This document shows, piece by piece, positions 1-13,499 of a stretch of DNA of 64,000 nt. A program made the position numbers and the translations under genes. Where the stretch lies: positions 48,608,001 to 48,672,000 of the forward strand of contig NC_043003.1 of assembly GCF_006345805.1 (NCBI RefSeq), read 5' to 3'. Under the pieces are notes generated by a model. The model was not told the origin of the DNA, made no database searches, and worked only from the letters and a program-made list of their open reading frames with translations. Numbering within the stretch: the stretch's first letter is position 1; the number at the start of each line of letters is the position of its first letter. This DNA is from Octopus sinensis (Eukaryota).

Positions 1-1578
1 TTTTTTCTTTTTTATCTTTTTTATAAAGTATGAAGAGTCAGTTTGAGGGAAATAATTTTCAGAAACCTTATGTTATTCATTCATTCATTCATTCATTCAT
101 TCATACATAAATACATACATGCATGCGTACATACATACATACATACATACATACATACATACAGCCATTCATATACACACATACATAAACTCAGAGATAC
201 ATGCATACATACACGTGGCTCCAGCAGAAGGTAATGGCGAACTTCTGCTGACTCTTTCACCACAACTTTCTCTCACTCTTTCCTCCTGCATCTTGCAGCT
301 CATCTGTGACAGACCAGTGTCCCATCCAGGTGGGGAGCCTATATGCCAAGGAAACCGGGAAACCAGCCCTTATGAGCCAGGCATGACTCGAGAAGGAACA
401 TACAACAACAAAACATATACTGCATGTACTTCTGAGTTACAGAGCTGGATTAACCAATAATACAAATAAGCACATGCTTAGGGCATCAAAGGGAGGTGGG
501 GTACCACACAAATGGTAAATAGTTTACAGCATAAAAGGGATCACTCTAAACTTACTAAAATAATATCTGGGATACCTTATTTCTACTAAGTATAGAAACA
601 GATGGTGTTATGTAAGATTAATTTTGAGGATGTGATCAAAGACACTGCAATTAAAAAAAAGTAGGAGAAAACTTTTCAAATATAAATAAAGTAGAAGTAT
701 ACAAAAATAAACATTATTTCCCATCTTAGTGTTAGTTTTGTTTCATTTTTAAAAATAAAAAAAATTATTTTATGGTTTATAATAGTTTATATTTTGAATT
801 ACATATCTTCGGGGTCACCAAAATCTTTGTGCTTAGGGACCTCTATGGGTCTTAATCTAGTGCTCGTTACAAATACTGGATCATGTTAATGTTACCTAAG
901 AAAGGAAAAAAATCTTGTTTGTATTTAAATTTGTAATTTGACAAGAAAGGATCCTTGTTAATCCGGAATGACTGAGATAGAGAGATTCAAAGAGTCAACT
1001 AACATGACATAAAAAAAAGCTATAGAACGATATAAGGACAGTTGAAATAATTCCTGAAATCAATAATTTCTTCATACATGCATGCTTAAACTAAAAGAAA
1101 ATTAGGAAAACAGTAAAAAGAAAACTAAAACAAAACAACAAAAATTACATATACAATGAAAAACACTTCTTTTATCTATATATGATTCATATTATTGAAG
1201 AAACTGTACGAGACACCCATTTGGTAAAATACTGGTTAAACCAGTCATATATGGTAACATAGAGATACATGACTCAGTTGTGAGTGGTTTAAGCAAGGGA
1301 TTGATTATAAATATTATATCAAATAGCTATAAATTGTATGCATGCTTGCATGCATGAGTGAACAGTATTATTTTCCAGTAGATATAATTGTTAGTTTAAG
1401 AAAAGAGGTAACACAAGTGGTGACCAACACCTGCACTTGCAGAATGTTGCATCACAAGTCATTGAATAATAGCTGGTCATGGTGTATAACAGATAACTGT
1501 GTGCTGTGACCCTGGTAAAAAGATCTCATTTCATAGGTGTGTGTGCGTGTGTGTGTGTGCATGTACGTATGTATATTT

Positions 1579-2001
1579 ATATATTTTAATTTAGAGATAG
1601 TATACCCATACTTCTCACCAAATAAAAAGAATTTTTATTTTTATTTTAAATACCTACTGTATTATTACTTGGCAACACGTATTTCATGAGGTACATCCTT
1701 GGGTTCCTAAACCACTCCATGTTTCCATGGAACCCCTCTCAAGATGCCACCCCAATCATCAGGCCCTTATAACTTTATCAACGTTCAATACAATAAACTA
1801 TATTTTAATTTTTAAATCCCATAAATATTTGCAAAATAAGTATGTTTAAATTAGGGAAACACGGAGCAGTTTAGGAACCCAAGGATGTACCTCATGAAAC
1901 ACGTGTAGCCAAGGAATAAAACAGTAGGTATTTAGAATAAAAATAAAATTTTTTTTTATTTGGTGAGAAGTAGGGGTATACTATCTCTAAATTAAAATAT
2001 A
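1579..2001. mobile_element. Foldback/MITE with ~148-bp terminal inverted repeats and ~128-bp spacer
   Basis: 1579-1726 is the reverse complement of 1855-2001 (e.g. aatttagagatagtatacc / gtatactatctctaaatt; catccttgggttcctaaa / tttaggaacccaaggatg). Confidence 0.8.
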
Positions 2002-2046
2002 TTTCTTCATTGAGAATAATTTGAACCTCTTTTATGCCGGAATTGT

Positions 2047-2080
<34 letters not shown>

Positions 2081-2186
2081 AATGTGTGTAAACATAATTA
2101 AAGGATAAAATCATTAAATTTAATTAATTTTATCAGTGGCCAGCATATAAAAAAACATTTATGGTAAAATACATATCTAGAGATAA

Positions 2187-2452
2187 ATAATTGTATAGGA
2201 TACAATTATACTTGAAGGACAGAAACTACCATACCAATATGCTGAAAGTAGACGCCAATTATGTCTCATTCCATGTGTATACACATGTTGAAAGCGGGAA
2301 AGCAGACTGACTAAAAATTCATAAAATAATTCAACCTGTGTATATATGTGGAGTGAATATCTGAAGTGGTTGGATGTATTCAGCATCTACTTTCAGCATA
2401 TAAGCATGGTAGCTTCCATGCCATTAAGTATAATTGTACCATATACAATTAT
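2187..2452. mobile_element. Old MITE with ~65-bp imperfect TIRs
   Basis: tacaattatacttg..ctaccata..tatgctgaaagtagacgc mirrors gcatctactttcagcata..tggtag..aagtataattgta. Confidence 0.7.
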
Positions 2453-2460
2453 ATATCACA

Positions 2461-2815
2461 ATAAATGTTTGTATGCTGGAACACCACCTTGAAGGGTTTT
2501 AGTCAAACAAATCAACCCCAGGACTTATTCTTTGTAAGCCTAGTACTTATTCTATCAGTCTCTATTGCCAAACTGCTAAGTTATGAGGATGTAAACACAC
2601 CAATGCCAGTTGTCAAGTACTGATAGGGGGACAAACACAGACACAAAGGCAACGCTGGGCTTCTTTCAGTTTCCATCAGCCAAATTCACTCACAAGGCTT
2701 TGGTGAGCCTGAGGCTATAGTAGAAGATACTTACCCAAGGTGCAATGCAGTGGGACTGAACCTGCAACCATGTGGTTGGGAAGCAAGCTTCTTACCACAC
2801 AGTCATGCCTGCACC
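2461..2815 (-). mobile_element. SINE family A, CpG-decayed copy
   Basis: Same family; consensus CpGs appear as TpG/CpA (gtcaaac, atcaacc, atcagtc, gccaaactgc, gatgtaaac). Confidence 0.8.
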
Positions 2816-3010
2816 TATTCTTTTATTCTTTATTCTTCTACTTATTTCAGTCATTTGACTGCAGTCATACTGGAGCACTGCTTTTAGTTGAAGAAATCGA
2901 CCCCAGGAATTCATTGTAAGCCTAGTGCTTATTCTATTGCACTCTTTGGGGACATAAACACACCAACATTGGTTGTCAAGCAATGGTGGGGGGACAAACA
3001 CAGACAAACA

Positions 3011-3055
<45 letters not shown>

Positions 3056-3344
3056 ACACATATATACATATACATATATATAAACATATACATATATATA
3101 TACATATACATATATGTATGCATATACATAGATTATATACATATACATATACATATATATATTTGTTTTGCAAGATTCTAGATGTGAAATCGTGTGTTGA
3201 AACGGATGTTGTTGCATTTAGGAATGGACATTTTGCCAGTTTAGCCAATAAAAACACATACACTATATATTTGGTGTTAATTTACTTCAGCTTATTTATT
3301 TTTTACATAAAGCGCAAAGAATAATCTGTTGTAAGAACACACAA

Positions 3345-3507
3345 GGCGTAGGAGTGGCTGCGTGGTAAGTAGCTTGCTTACCAACCACATGGTTCTGGGT
3401 TCAGTCCCACTGCATGGCACCTCGGGCAAGTATCTTCTACTATAGTCTTGAGCCGACCAAAGCCTTGTGAGTGGATTTGGTAGATGGAAACTGAAAGAAG
3501 CCCATTG

Positions 3508-3538
<31 letters not shown>

Positions 3539-3760
3539 ATATGTTTGTGTGTCTGTGTTTGTCCCCCCCCCAACATCGCTTGACAGCTGATGCTGATGTG
3601 TTTACGTCCCCGTAACTTAGCAGTTCGGCAAAAGAGGCCGATAGAATAAGTACTAGGCTTACAAAGAATAAGTCCCGGGGTCGATTTGCTCGACTAAAGG
3701 CAGTGCTCCAGCATGGCCACATTCACATGACAGAAACAAGTAAAAGAGTAAAGAGTAAGA
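3345..3760 (+). mobile_element. tRNA-derived SINE family A (near full length)
   Basis: A box tggctgcgtgg, B-box-like ggttcagtccc, caccttgggcaag-like core, internal TA/GT microsatellite, tail gtaaaagagtaa. Confidence 0.85.
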
Positions 3761-4339
3761 GTAAGGAATGAATTCCTTCAAGTGCTTATCTTGCTAGAAG
3801 TAGTTAATAGTTGTGTAGGTGAGTGTATTGGAGGAACTGTAGTAAGAGTAAGAACTAAAAATGGAAACCTTCAGAGAGTGACTACCTCTGTTGATAACAA
3901 AGGATTTATCTCTGTCTAAGAGAAGGGAGCAGATTATATGCTACTTGGTGCTGCATAGTAATGTGTCTTGGTCCTCGCATGTAGTATTCCCTTTCTACTA
4001 CTGTAAGAATCTCCACGACAGTAACACACTTTTTTACATAGGCAAAGAGGAAGACAATGAAGCAACATGATTCTGATTAGCCACATATGCATGTGTATGT
4101 GTGTGTGTATGTGTGTGTGTGTGTGTGTGCGTGTGTGTGTTTGTGTGTCTGTGTTTGTTCACCCACCATCGCTTGACAACCGGTGTTATTGTGTTTATGT
4201 CCCCGTAACTTAGCGGTTCAGCAAAAGAGACCGATAGAATAAGTACTAGGCTTACAAAGAATAAATCCTGACATTGATTTGTTCAACTAAAGGCAGTGCT
4301 CCAGCATGGCTGTAGTCAAATGACTGAAACAAATGAATG

Positions 4340-4377
4340 AATAAAAGAAATATATCATATACTATATTATATATATA

Positions 4378-4417
<40 letters not shown>

Positions 4418-4569
4418 TATATATATTATGTATTATATATATGTATATATGTGTGTGTATATAATATGTATATATATATATATTATATAACATATATGAT
4501 ATACATATATATATACCATATATATATATATATATATATATCATATATATATATACATATATATACATC

Positions 4570-4603
<34 letters not shown>

Positions 4604-4871
4604 ATCTATATTATAATATATACATATATATATACCTATATATATACATATTATATATATAGATCTTATACCTATATATATATACATATTATATAATATA
4701 TATATCTACTACATATATATATATATATATATATAATACCTATATATATATATATCATATATATACATATCTATATATATACCTATATATACTATATATA
4801 TCTATAATATTATATATACCTATATATATATACATATATATACATATATATATATACAGATATATATATAC

Positions 4872-4905
<34 letters not shown>

Positions 4906-4943
4906 CTATATATGTATATCTATATATATATGTATATAATATA

Positions 4944-4992
<49 letters not shown>

Positions 4993-5042
4993 TATATGTA
5001 TATATATTATATATATATATAGATATATATATATATATAATA

Positions 5043-5096
<54 letters not shown>

Positions 5097-5379
5097 ATAT
5101 ATAGTAATCTATGTATATTCTATATATATATATGTATAATATATATATATAGTATATATAGTATGCATTTAGATATATATATATAATAATGTATAACATA
5201 TATATAATGTATGTATATATGTATATGTGGCATATATATATATATATACACATATATATAGGTATGTATATATATATATGGTGTGTATATATATATATAT
5301 ATATACATACGTACACATACACACATATATACATATATATATACATATGCAAGTGTGTATGCATGTATGTGTGTATGTA

Positions 5380-5422
<43 letters not shown>

Positions 5423-5425
5423 TTG
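4340..5425. repeat. ~1.1-kb degenerate (TA)n array
   Basis: Almost pure TA with scattered C/G interruptions; source of many spurious IY-repeat ORFs. Similar shorter arrays at ~17050-17260, 44530-44620 and 57810-57935. Confidence 0.95.
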
Positions 5426-5944
5426 CAGATTAGTAACGCAAATAGATAAGAATATTCATTTTTTTTTCTCTTTTGTTATAAATAAACATTAACCTATTCA
5501 TGTTTCACTTCTCAAATTTCCATTTCCCAAACAAGACGCAAATAAGCATAAGCGGTAAATAAATAACGATTCAGACGAAAAGCATGTGGTTTTAATGTCA
5601 TTCTGTCTTTGGTTGACAAATAAGGATAGTAACCACTATTTTTAGACTACTGTATGGTTTAGCTTTTGGAAGAATCCCATTGGAGATAAAAAAAAAAACT
5701 GCTAAGATGTATTATGTTTTGTTGTTAAATGTTATAAAAGAAACAGAGGCTGACAGTTGAAGCATGATTGTCCATCAGCTGTTATTCAGTTAGAGTGCTG
5801 CTCAGATTACCTGTCTTTAGCTCATCTCAAAACAAAAAGATCTGTCTGTGTATATGCGTGTGTGTGTATTATACACACACACACATGTATGCACACACAC
5901 TATATGCATATATATATATATATATATTATATATAATTATATAA

Positions 5945-6155
5945 TATATCACCATCAAACAAGCTCTACATGAACTTTCTAAATACACTATATATACATA
6001 TATACACACATATATATATATATATAATATCACCATCAAACAAGCTCTACATGAACTTTCTAAATACACATATATATACATATATACATCTATATATATA
6101 TATATATCACCATCAAACAAGCTCTACATGAACTTTCTAAATACACATATATATA
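5945..6155. repeat. Three copies of a ~42-bp unit separated by TA-rich spacers (~80-bp period)
   Basis: tatcaccatcaaacaagctctacatgaactttctaaatacac at ~5947, 6028 and 6106. Confidence 0.9.
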
Positions 6156-6190
6156 CATATATACATATATATATATATATACATATGATT

Positions 6191-6227
<37 letters not shown>

Positions 6228-6627
6228 CTATATATATATATATATATATATATCATCATCATCATCTTCCTCATCCTTTAATGTCTGTTTTCCATGCTGG
6301 CATGGGTTGGACAGTTGAACCAGAGCTGGCTGGCTGGCAAGCTGAAAAGCTGCACCACATTCCAATCCAATTTCACTTGGCTTAGGGGTTGTGAATCCAA
6401 CCCACTAAGGGATAATATGTATCCAATATACTGCTGGTAGAATACCCAATTATTAATACACAAGTGTTTTTTATTGCTTTGCAATTACATTACCTAGTGT
6501 ACTAAATGGGTGAAGGTAAAGAGATAGTTTACCATTAATTTATATAGCAAATAAGAAATATTGATATATTGATTGTAAAATTACTATCCCTATAACTTTC
6601 ATAAATATCTGTTTATATATTATATTA

Positions 6628-7021
6628 CTAGCAGTATCGCCCGGCGTTACTCGGGTTTGTAAGGGAAATAATTATATAAGCATTTTTAGAGATGTAAAGT
6701 ATAATAGCCATCTCAATATGGCTAACCACAAAGGGGGAGGGGTGTTACTGTAGCTTTTTACGTTCTGAGATTTAATAATAAATTTTAGAGAGTTACTTCC
6801 TTTATATATGTCAAAAATGGATTAAAAATGGGAAAAATTGATGGTAATTTTTTTTTTAATCGTAGACTCATCGTAGACGCGCGCTAATACCCAGACGGTC
6901 TGGATATGAATCACGACTATAAGATACCCGGTTTTGGTTAAACTGCACCGCAAAATGTGGGAGTAGTTAGGAATCTAAATCGTAGGAGAAAGACGCACAA
7001 CCTCACTTTTATATATAAAGA
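6628..7021 (-). mobile_element. Non-autonomous Helitron
   Basis: Minus strand begins TC(TTTATATATAAAAG), ends with hairpin cccgagtaacgccggg then CTAG, inserted between A and T. Confidence 0.8.
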
Positions 7022-7115
7022 TTTCCTCTATTTACATAATATTGAGGTCTCTTTCTTTCTTTTGTTATCTTACTGTTTTTACCAATATACATATATATAT
7101 ATAAATATATATATA

Positions 7116-7432
7116 GTTACAGAGATGTACTTGCATAGCAAGTGACTTGATCTGAGATCGTGTGCTGGGCGAAAACAGTTGCAGCGTTGAAGGTGTTTAA
7201 GCCATTTAAGAAACACACAAAAACCGTTAGATTCACTTCACATTTAAATTTAATTTGCCAAAATATTTTCTCGCTTTGAGACCGCGACCTGTTAGCACGA
7301 TATTTTTGTCAGTGAACAGGTCGCGGTCTCAAAGCGAGGAAAATTTTGGCAAATTAAATTTAAATGTTGAAGTGAATGTAACGGTTTTTGTGTGTTTCTT
7401 AAATGGCTTACAAACACCTTCCACGCTGCAAT
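7116..7432. mobile_element. Palindromic (foldback) repeat, copy 1
   Basis: ~115-bp arms (7180-7295 / 7316-7430) around a short loop, preceded by a ~65-bp unpaired leader shared with the copy at 22460. Confidence 0.75.
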
Positions 7433-7794
7433 ATGTATATACACACATATATATATATATATATGTATGTATGTATGTGTGTATATGTGTATGCATGTAT
7501 GTGTATGTGTGTGCGTGTCTGTGCTTGTGATTGTCCTCCACCACTGCTTGACAACGAATGTTGGTTTGTTTACATCCCTGTCACCTAGTGGTTTGACAAA
7601 GGAAACAGATAGAATAAGTACAATGCTTACAAAAATAAAACTGGAGTTGATTCATTAAACTACAATTCTTCAAGGCATTGCCCCAGCATGGCCACAGACC
7701 AATGGCTGGAAAAAGCAGAAGAATAAAAGAATACATTCTCTGCTTTGGTCTTATGTTCAAGGCATGAGAAAGCTTGAGTTTACATGATGAAAGG

Positions 7795-8480
7795 CCTAAC
7801 AGACCTGGTAGAAATAGCAGCCAAATCTCCCTCAAATCACACCTCATTGTCTTATGTATGTATATATATATGAGCCAATGAGGGGACCTCTACATGAGCT
7901 AGACCTGGTAGAAATAGCAGCCAAATTCCCCAAATCACACCTTACTGTCTTATCTATGTATATATGTATGTATGAGCCTATGAGGGAGACCCCTACATGG
8001 CAGCTAGACCTGGTAGAAATAGCAGCCAAATTTCCCCAAATCACACCTTACTGTCTTATCTATGTATATATGTATGTATGAGCCTATGAGGAAGACCCCT
8101 ACATGGCAGCTAGACCTGGTAGAAATAGCAGCCAATTTCCCCCAATCACACCTTACTGTCTTACCTATGTATATATGTATGTATGAGCCTATGATGGAGA
8201 CCCCTACATGGCAGCTAGACCTGGTAGAAATAGCAGCCAAATTTCCCCCAATCACACCTTACTGTCTTATCTATGTATATATGTATGTATGAGCCTATGA
8301 GGGAGACCCCTACATGGCAGCTAGACCTGGTAGAAATAGCAGCCAAATTTCCCCCAAATCACATCTTACTGTCTTATCTATGTATATATGTATGTATGAG
8401 CCTATGAGGGAGACCCCTACATGGCAGCTAGACATGGTAGAAATAGCAGCCAAATCTCCCTCAAATCACACCTTACTGTC
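7795..8480. repeat. ~106-bp tandem minisatellite, ~6.5 copies
   Basis: agacctggtagaaatagcagccaa starts at 7801, 7901, 8006, 8112, 8217, 8323 and 8430. Confidence 0.95.
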
Positions 8481-9242
8481 TTATCTTTCTGCTACTTGGA
8501 TATAGGTGTTATATTCGTTGTAAAAAACTTTCCTGTCACACACTCACGCACACGCACACACACACACACCCTCACACACACACCCACGCGCACACCCACA
8601 CACACCCACTCACACACACGCACGTTAGCTTACAATTTTATTTATATATTTGCGTGTCTATGTGTTGAAAGAGGAAGTGGGAGGCAGAGTGAAAGAATCA
8701 CTCACTACAGTAAGTCAATTACTTTCATTTTATTCGTTGCCCACTGTGTGTGTGCGTTTGCGTGTGCTGTAAACCAGACTAAGAAAAGCATTTGACACAC
8801 ACACCAGAATGTGAGTTTTCTGTAAATTTTGCTTAATTGGAGTTTAAATTTTAAAAAGTGGACCTGGCATGACGCGATGCATTGTACTCTTAAAAATGCA
8901 AGGTAAATTGTAATTGAAGAAATCCTATATTGTAGATTTGTATAACTCCCAAAGGGAGGCAGATAAAATCTGCCTTTTATAATAAGAGATATTCTGCATT
9001 CTATGTACTATCTATTGTGAATAACAGAATACATCTAATATTAATAATATTAGTAGTAACTGAATATTATATATGCTTATGGATGTAAATGTGTATGTAT
9101 AGTTCAGTATATATATATAAGTAATGTATATCTATATATATGTGTATATTTATATCTATATATATATATTCAAATGTGTGTGTATTTTGTTTATTTTATA
9201 TTTATATTTATATTTATTATTATAACTTAACATTTGTACTTT

Positions 9243-9372
9243 ATAATCTCTGATGAAGCCTAGAGATATATACAAGTACCTCATGTTCATCTACCTATTA
9301 CCTCAATCCACTTGAGTTATATAGGTAGAATGAGGTACATTTATCTATTGGCTGAAACAGCTGTAAGTTATT
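9243..9372 (+). ncRNA. Hammerhead-ribozyme-like motif with ~95-nt extended stem II (probably Penelope-derived)
   Basis: CUGAUGA (9250-9256), AGCC..GGCU closing stem, GAAA (9354-9357), palindromic stem III CAGCUG, GUA cleavage triplet. Internal pairings gtacctcat/atgaggtac, ctacctat/ataggtag, ctcaa/ttgag. Confidence 0.55.
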
Positions 9373-10456
9373 TTACCAATTTATATTCATGTTTTTTTAT
9401 AATAGTTACTGGTATCTTTATATATTACTATATTTTATATCTTATATGTAAAGAATAATATGCTACATGTATGTATATTATTATAATTATCACTTTAATA
9501 AATAAATAAGTTAACATAATTTAATGTCCAAAAGTTGATGAATCACCTATTGTTCTCCTCCATTTTCTTATTTGCTATATATATATATATATATCTATAT
9601 ATATATAAGAGTGGCTGTGTGGTAAGAAGCTTGCTTCCCAACCACATAGTTCTGGGTTCAGTCCCACTGCATAGCACCTTGGGCAAGTGTCTTCTACTGT
9701 AACATCGGGCTGACCAAAATCTTGTGCGTGGATTTGGTAGACAGAAACTGTAAGAAGTATATATATATACGTTGGCGTGTTTATGTCCCTGTAACTTACC
9801 AGTTTGACAAAACCAGTCAAATAACTGAAATTAGTAAAAGAGTAAAAGGGTATTTGTATGTATTGAGCAGGATCCCTGACCCCAATTTTGGTGGCTCTTG
9901 AGGTGGAAGGCAGTTACATATATGCACATATACACACACACATAAATATATATGTATATATGTATGAACAAAAACATGACTGTTGAAACAGACAGTGTTT
10001 TTTTGACATGTCTTAAGATGTTGTGCAAAATCTGTAAAACAAAAGGTTCATTTAAACAGTGTTATTTGTTTCCAGTTCTCTGCATAATCATGTCCAGCCT
10101 GTTCATTGTTCACCTGGAAACAGGTATAGGTTGGTTCCAGGAAGAGCATCCAACTATCCCCAAAACTTTGTGCCAGTGCATTCTCTTCCGACCTATGCAA
10201 GCATGGAAAAGCATTTCAAAATGATGACGATGATGACAATGATGATGTCTAATGTTATTCAGAGTAGCAATGATTTTTTTTTCTAGTTGAGGCATTCATT
10301 GTGTAACTGATATTTCATTCAACAGTTTTTTATGGATCCTCTCCTTAAAAAAAATGTGTTCTGCTTTTCCCACAACCCTTTGTGATCTACTGCATTCAAT
10401 TTGTGATTTGACAGTTAAACTGGGTGAAATTAACTACAAATATCTGCATCAGTTGA

Positions 10457-11095
10457 ATCATCATCATCATCGTTTAACATCTGCTTTCCATGCTAGCATG
10501 GGTTGGATGATTTGACTGAGGACTGGCGAACCAGATGGCTGCACCAGGCTCCAATCTCATTTGGCAGAGTTTCTACAGCTGGATGCCCTTCTTAACGCCA
10601 ACCACTCCAAGAGTGTAGTGGGTGCTTTTACGTACCACTGGCTTCAGGGCCAGTCAGGCGATACTGGCAACAGCCATGCTCAAATGGTGTTTTTTACGTG
10701 CCACCTGCACAGGAGCCATTCTAGCAGTACTGGCAACAACTTTACTTGAATGTTTTTTCACATGCCACCAGCACAAGTGCCAGTAAGGTGATTCTGGTAA
10801 CAATCATGCTCGAATGGTGATTTTTACATGCCACCAGCACAGAAGCCAGTTTGCTGCTCTGGCAACGATCACGCTTAGATGGTGCTCTTAGTGTCCCACT
10901 AGCACGGATGGTAGTCATTGAATTTGATTTTGATTTCATCGAATTTGATTTCGATTTCACTTGCCTCAACAGGTCTTTTCAAGCAGAGTTTAGTGTCCAA
11001 TGAAGGAAAGGTATGCATAAGTGGGCTGGTTACACACCTGGCATAGGCCACAAGGTTATGGTCTTACTTGGCTTGCCGGGTCGAATGATGTTAGA
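10457..11095 (-). mobile_element. RTE-tail-type interspersed repeat ending in (GAT)n; related shorter copies at ~6250-6380, 11340-11460 and 13870-13990
   Basis: catcatcatcgtttaacatc..ttccatgc..ggttgg and ttctacagctggatgcccttc..gccaacc, the characteristic RTE 3' UTR motif. Confidence 0.65.
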
Positions 11096-13459
11096 TAATT
11101 CAACATTTGTGTCAGTTTTAGGCAGAGCTTTCCTAATCATCTCAGTCCTTACATTCATGTCAGGTTTGTATGGGCCTGATAATTTTCACCTAAATTTATG
11201 AGCAGATGAGAAATTAACATTATTATATACCAATCGGCTTGACTACATGAAGATATATCCTCAACATGCTTGTGTCTGAGCTGGTATGGACATATAATGT
11301 GAATGAAGATGAAGACATGAGTTCAAATATATATCATCATAAACATCATCATTATCTTCATCCACTTTTTGATGGGTCAGATGGAATTGGCTGAAATAAA
11401 TTTTCTATAGTCAGATGCTCTTCCTGTTGCCAACCCTCACCTGTCTGCAAGCAAAATAATAATCTCTAAGTCTATCAAAAGTGAATAATTTTGACATAGT
11501 TACACAGTTGACTGCATGCGAAGGATAGCACTTGTATTGTCATTTACAGTCAGCAAACACGCATGAAGACAGGGAAATATGAATTCACCCATTAACACAC
11601 ATGCAACAGGTTTCTTCAATTTCCATTTATCAATTTCACTCGTAAGGTATTTGTTGACCTATTCGTGGCTGTAGTACAGCATGACAATGTTCATGCTGTA
11701 AGACTGAACCTGTAATCATGTAGTTTTGAAGCAAACTTCTTAACCACACAGCTATGTCTGTGCTTATCAGTGTATAATATATAAATTATAGTTGGCAGGC
11801 AAAAAAAGACAGAACTCTACTGCTTAAGTGATCATGTTCAATATGTACGAAAGGAGTGTGTAGTTAGGAATGCCTTATACATTACCCGATGTAAACTATA
11901 GGAGCAAAAATGATGCAGTGGAATTACATGTGGGCTTAGAGGGTGAGAAGAATTTGTGTGTTGTAGATGCACAGGAGCGGTTAACTGTAGGAATTGAATT
12001 ACAGGATTAGTAGCTGTGAATTCCACAGATATGTGCACCTCTAACATAATGGCATACTGCACTACAGACTAAATCTATACATTTTAGCATACACTATATG
12101 TAACAGACAAATATCTTGTTGTGGACAGAAAGAGATAACACTCCACTGATTTATCAATTGAACTATTTATGAAAAATGAATCTATTATGCATTTTCATCT
12201 GATTTACTTAAACCTCAGAGAAACAAACAGCGGCTTCTAATAGAATGAAAGGATTGGGTGAAGCTGTTTGGATACTGGCAATTTGGCAAGGCTGACTGGA
12301 CATTGAACCTGTTTTGGTAACAGTACTTTCTGGCACTGGGGGCCAACACACAAACACACACATGTGCATGCATATGCACATATATATTCATAGAGGAAGA
12401 GAGAAAGAGAGAGAGAGAGGGGGTGGTTAGGGGAGAGAATTACAGAAACATTAAAACATCTGATGTCAATTAATTCAGTGATAAACCAGTGATGCCAAAT
12501 AGGTGGTGCCAAAACAGCTGTACCAAAACATCTCATACATATTTATAAGTAGTGTCTCTGTTGATATAATCACAATATAAGAGTTGAATTAACCTGGGTG
12601 ATCCTTCATTTAATATTCATGAATATACTGTGTATAGAGATGAAGTATTTACACATGTTCATCACTCACAGTGTTGGATTAAAACCTATAGCTGTATTCT
12701 GTAATATAGAACAGTTCATTACATTGGTATTTCTATGCTGGCATGGGTTAGATGAATACTTGTTATTGAGGAATTACTTTACAGCCAGGCAACCTTACTG
12801 TCACTAACCCTTATCTGTCTTACAAATAAGGGATTTTTTTTTTATTCCACATGCCTTCTAAAGTGCAGAACTGCCAGATGATTATTAACAGCAACTGTTA
12901 ATTTAAAATTACCATTTTATTTCAAGAAATTTCAAATAAAGGCATGGAACATAAATATCTACACAAACACATTTTGAACATAATTTTGAAACAAAAGCAC
13001 TAAGAGCACATGTCTAGATTCTCTGAAATACCCTGGTGGCTCTCAATAAGTAGTCATTAGTTTCTATAACCAGGTAACCTAATTAACAGTAGAGACGAGT
13101 GTTCTTAAAGAATAACAGCCAGAGTAAAAATGGGTTGTGTGTTGCTTGTGCAAGAACTGTGATGCTGCAGGTTAATGAGACACAGGCTTTGAATGCAGAG
13201 GCAAAACATGTTAAAAGCTTTGAAAACTTGTAACAATGACAGATGTTGGGGACCATCTACAGTTGGGTTTCTAACCTAACAGTTCCAGTTAAGCCTACAG
13301 GTACTGGCATGGCTGTGTAGTTAAGAAGCTTGTTTTGCATCCACATGTTTTCAAGTTCAATATCACTACATGTCACCTTGGGAATTTATTATAAGCCCTA
13401 TGCCTTGTGGGTGAATTTAGTAAACAGAAACTAAGTGGAAGCCCATAATGCATATATAT

Positions 13460-13496
<37 letters not shown>

Positions 13497-13499
<3 letters not shown>

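Noticed and set aside
556-585. 30-nt phase 2-2 micro-exon (RNKVSQILF) continuing the left gene
   Set aside because: Splice sites and phase fit, but such short matches arise by chance in 14 kb of AT-rich intron; needs RNA evidence.
43-6120. Numerous ORFs rich in IY/HT/CV/MY repeats (also throughout the window)
   Set aside because: They are translations of (TA)n, (CA)n and (TACA)n microsatellites that happen to lack stops.
7795-8480. CRISPR-like array
   Set aside because: Whole units repeat, there are no unique spacers or cas genes, and the DNA is eukaryotic.
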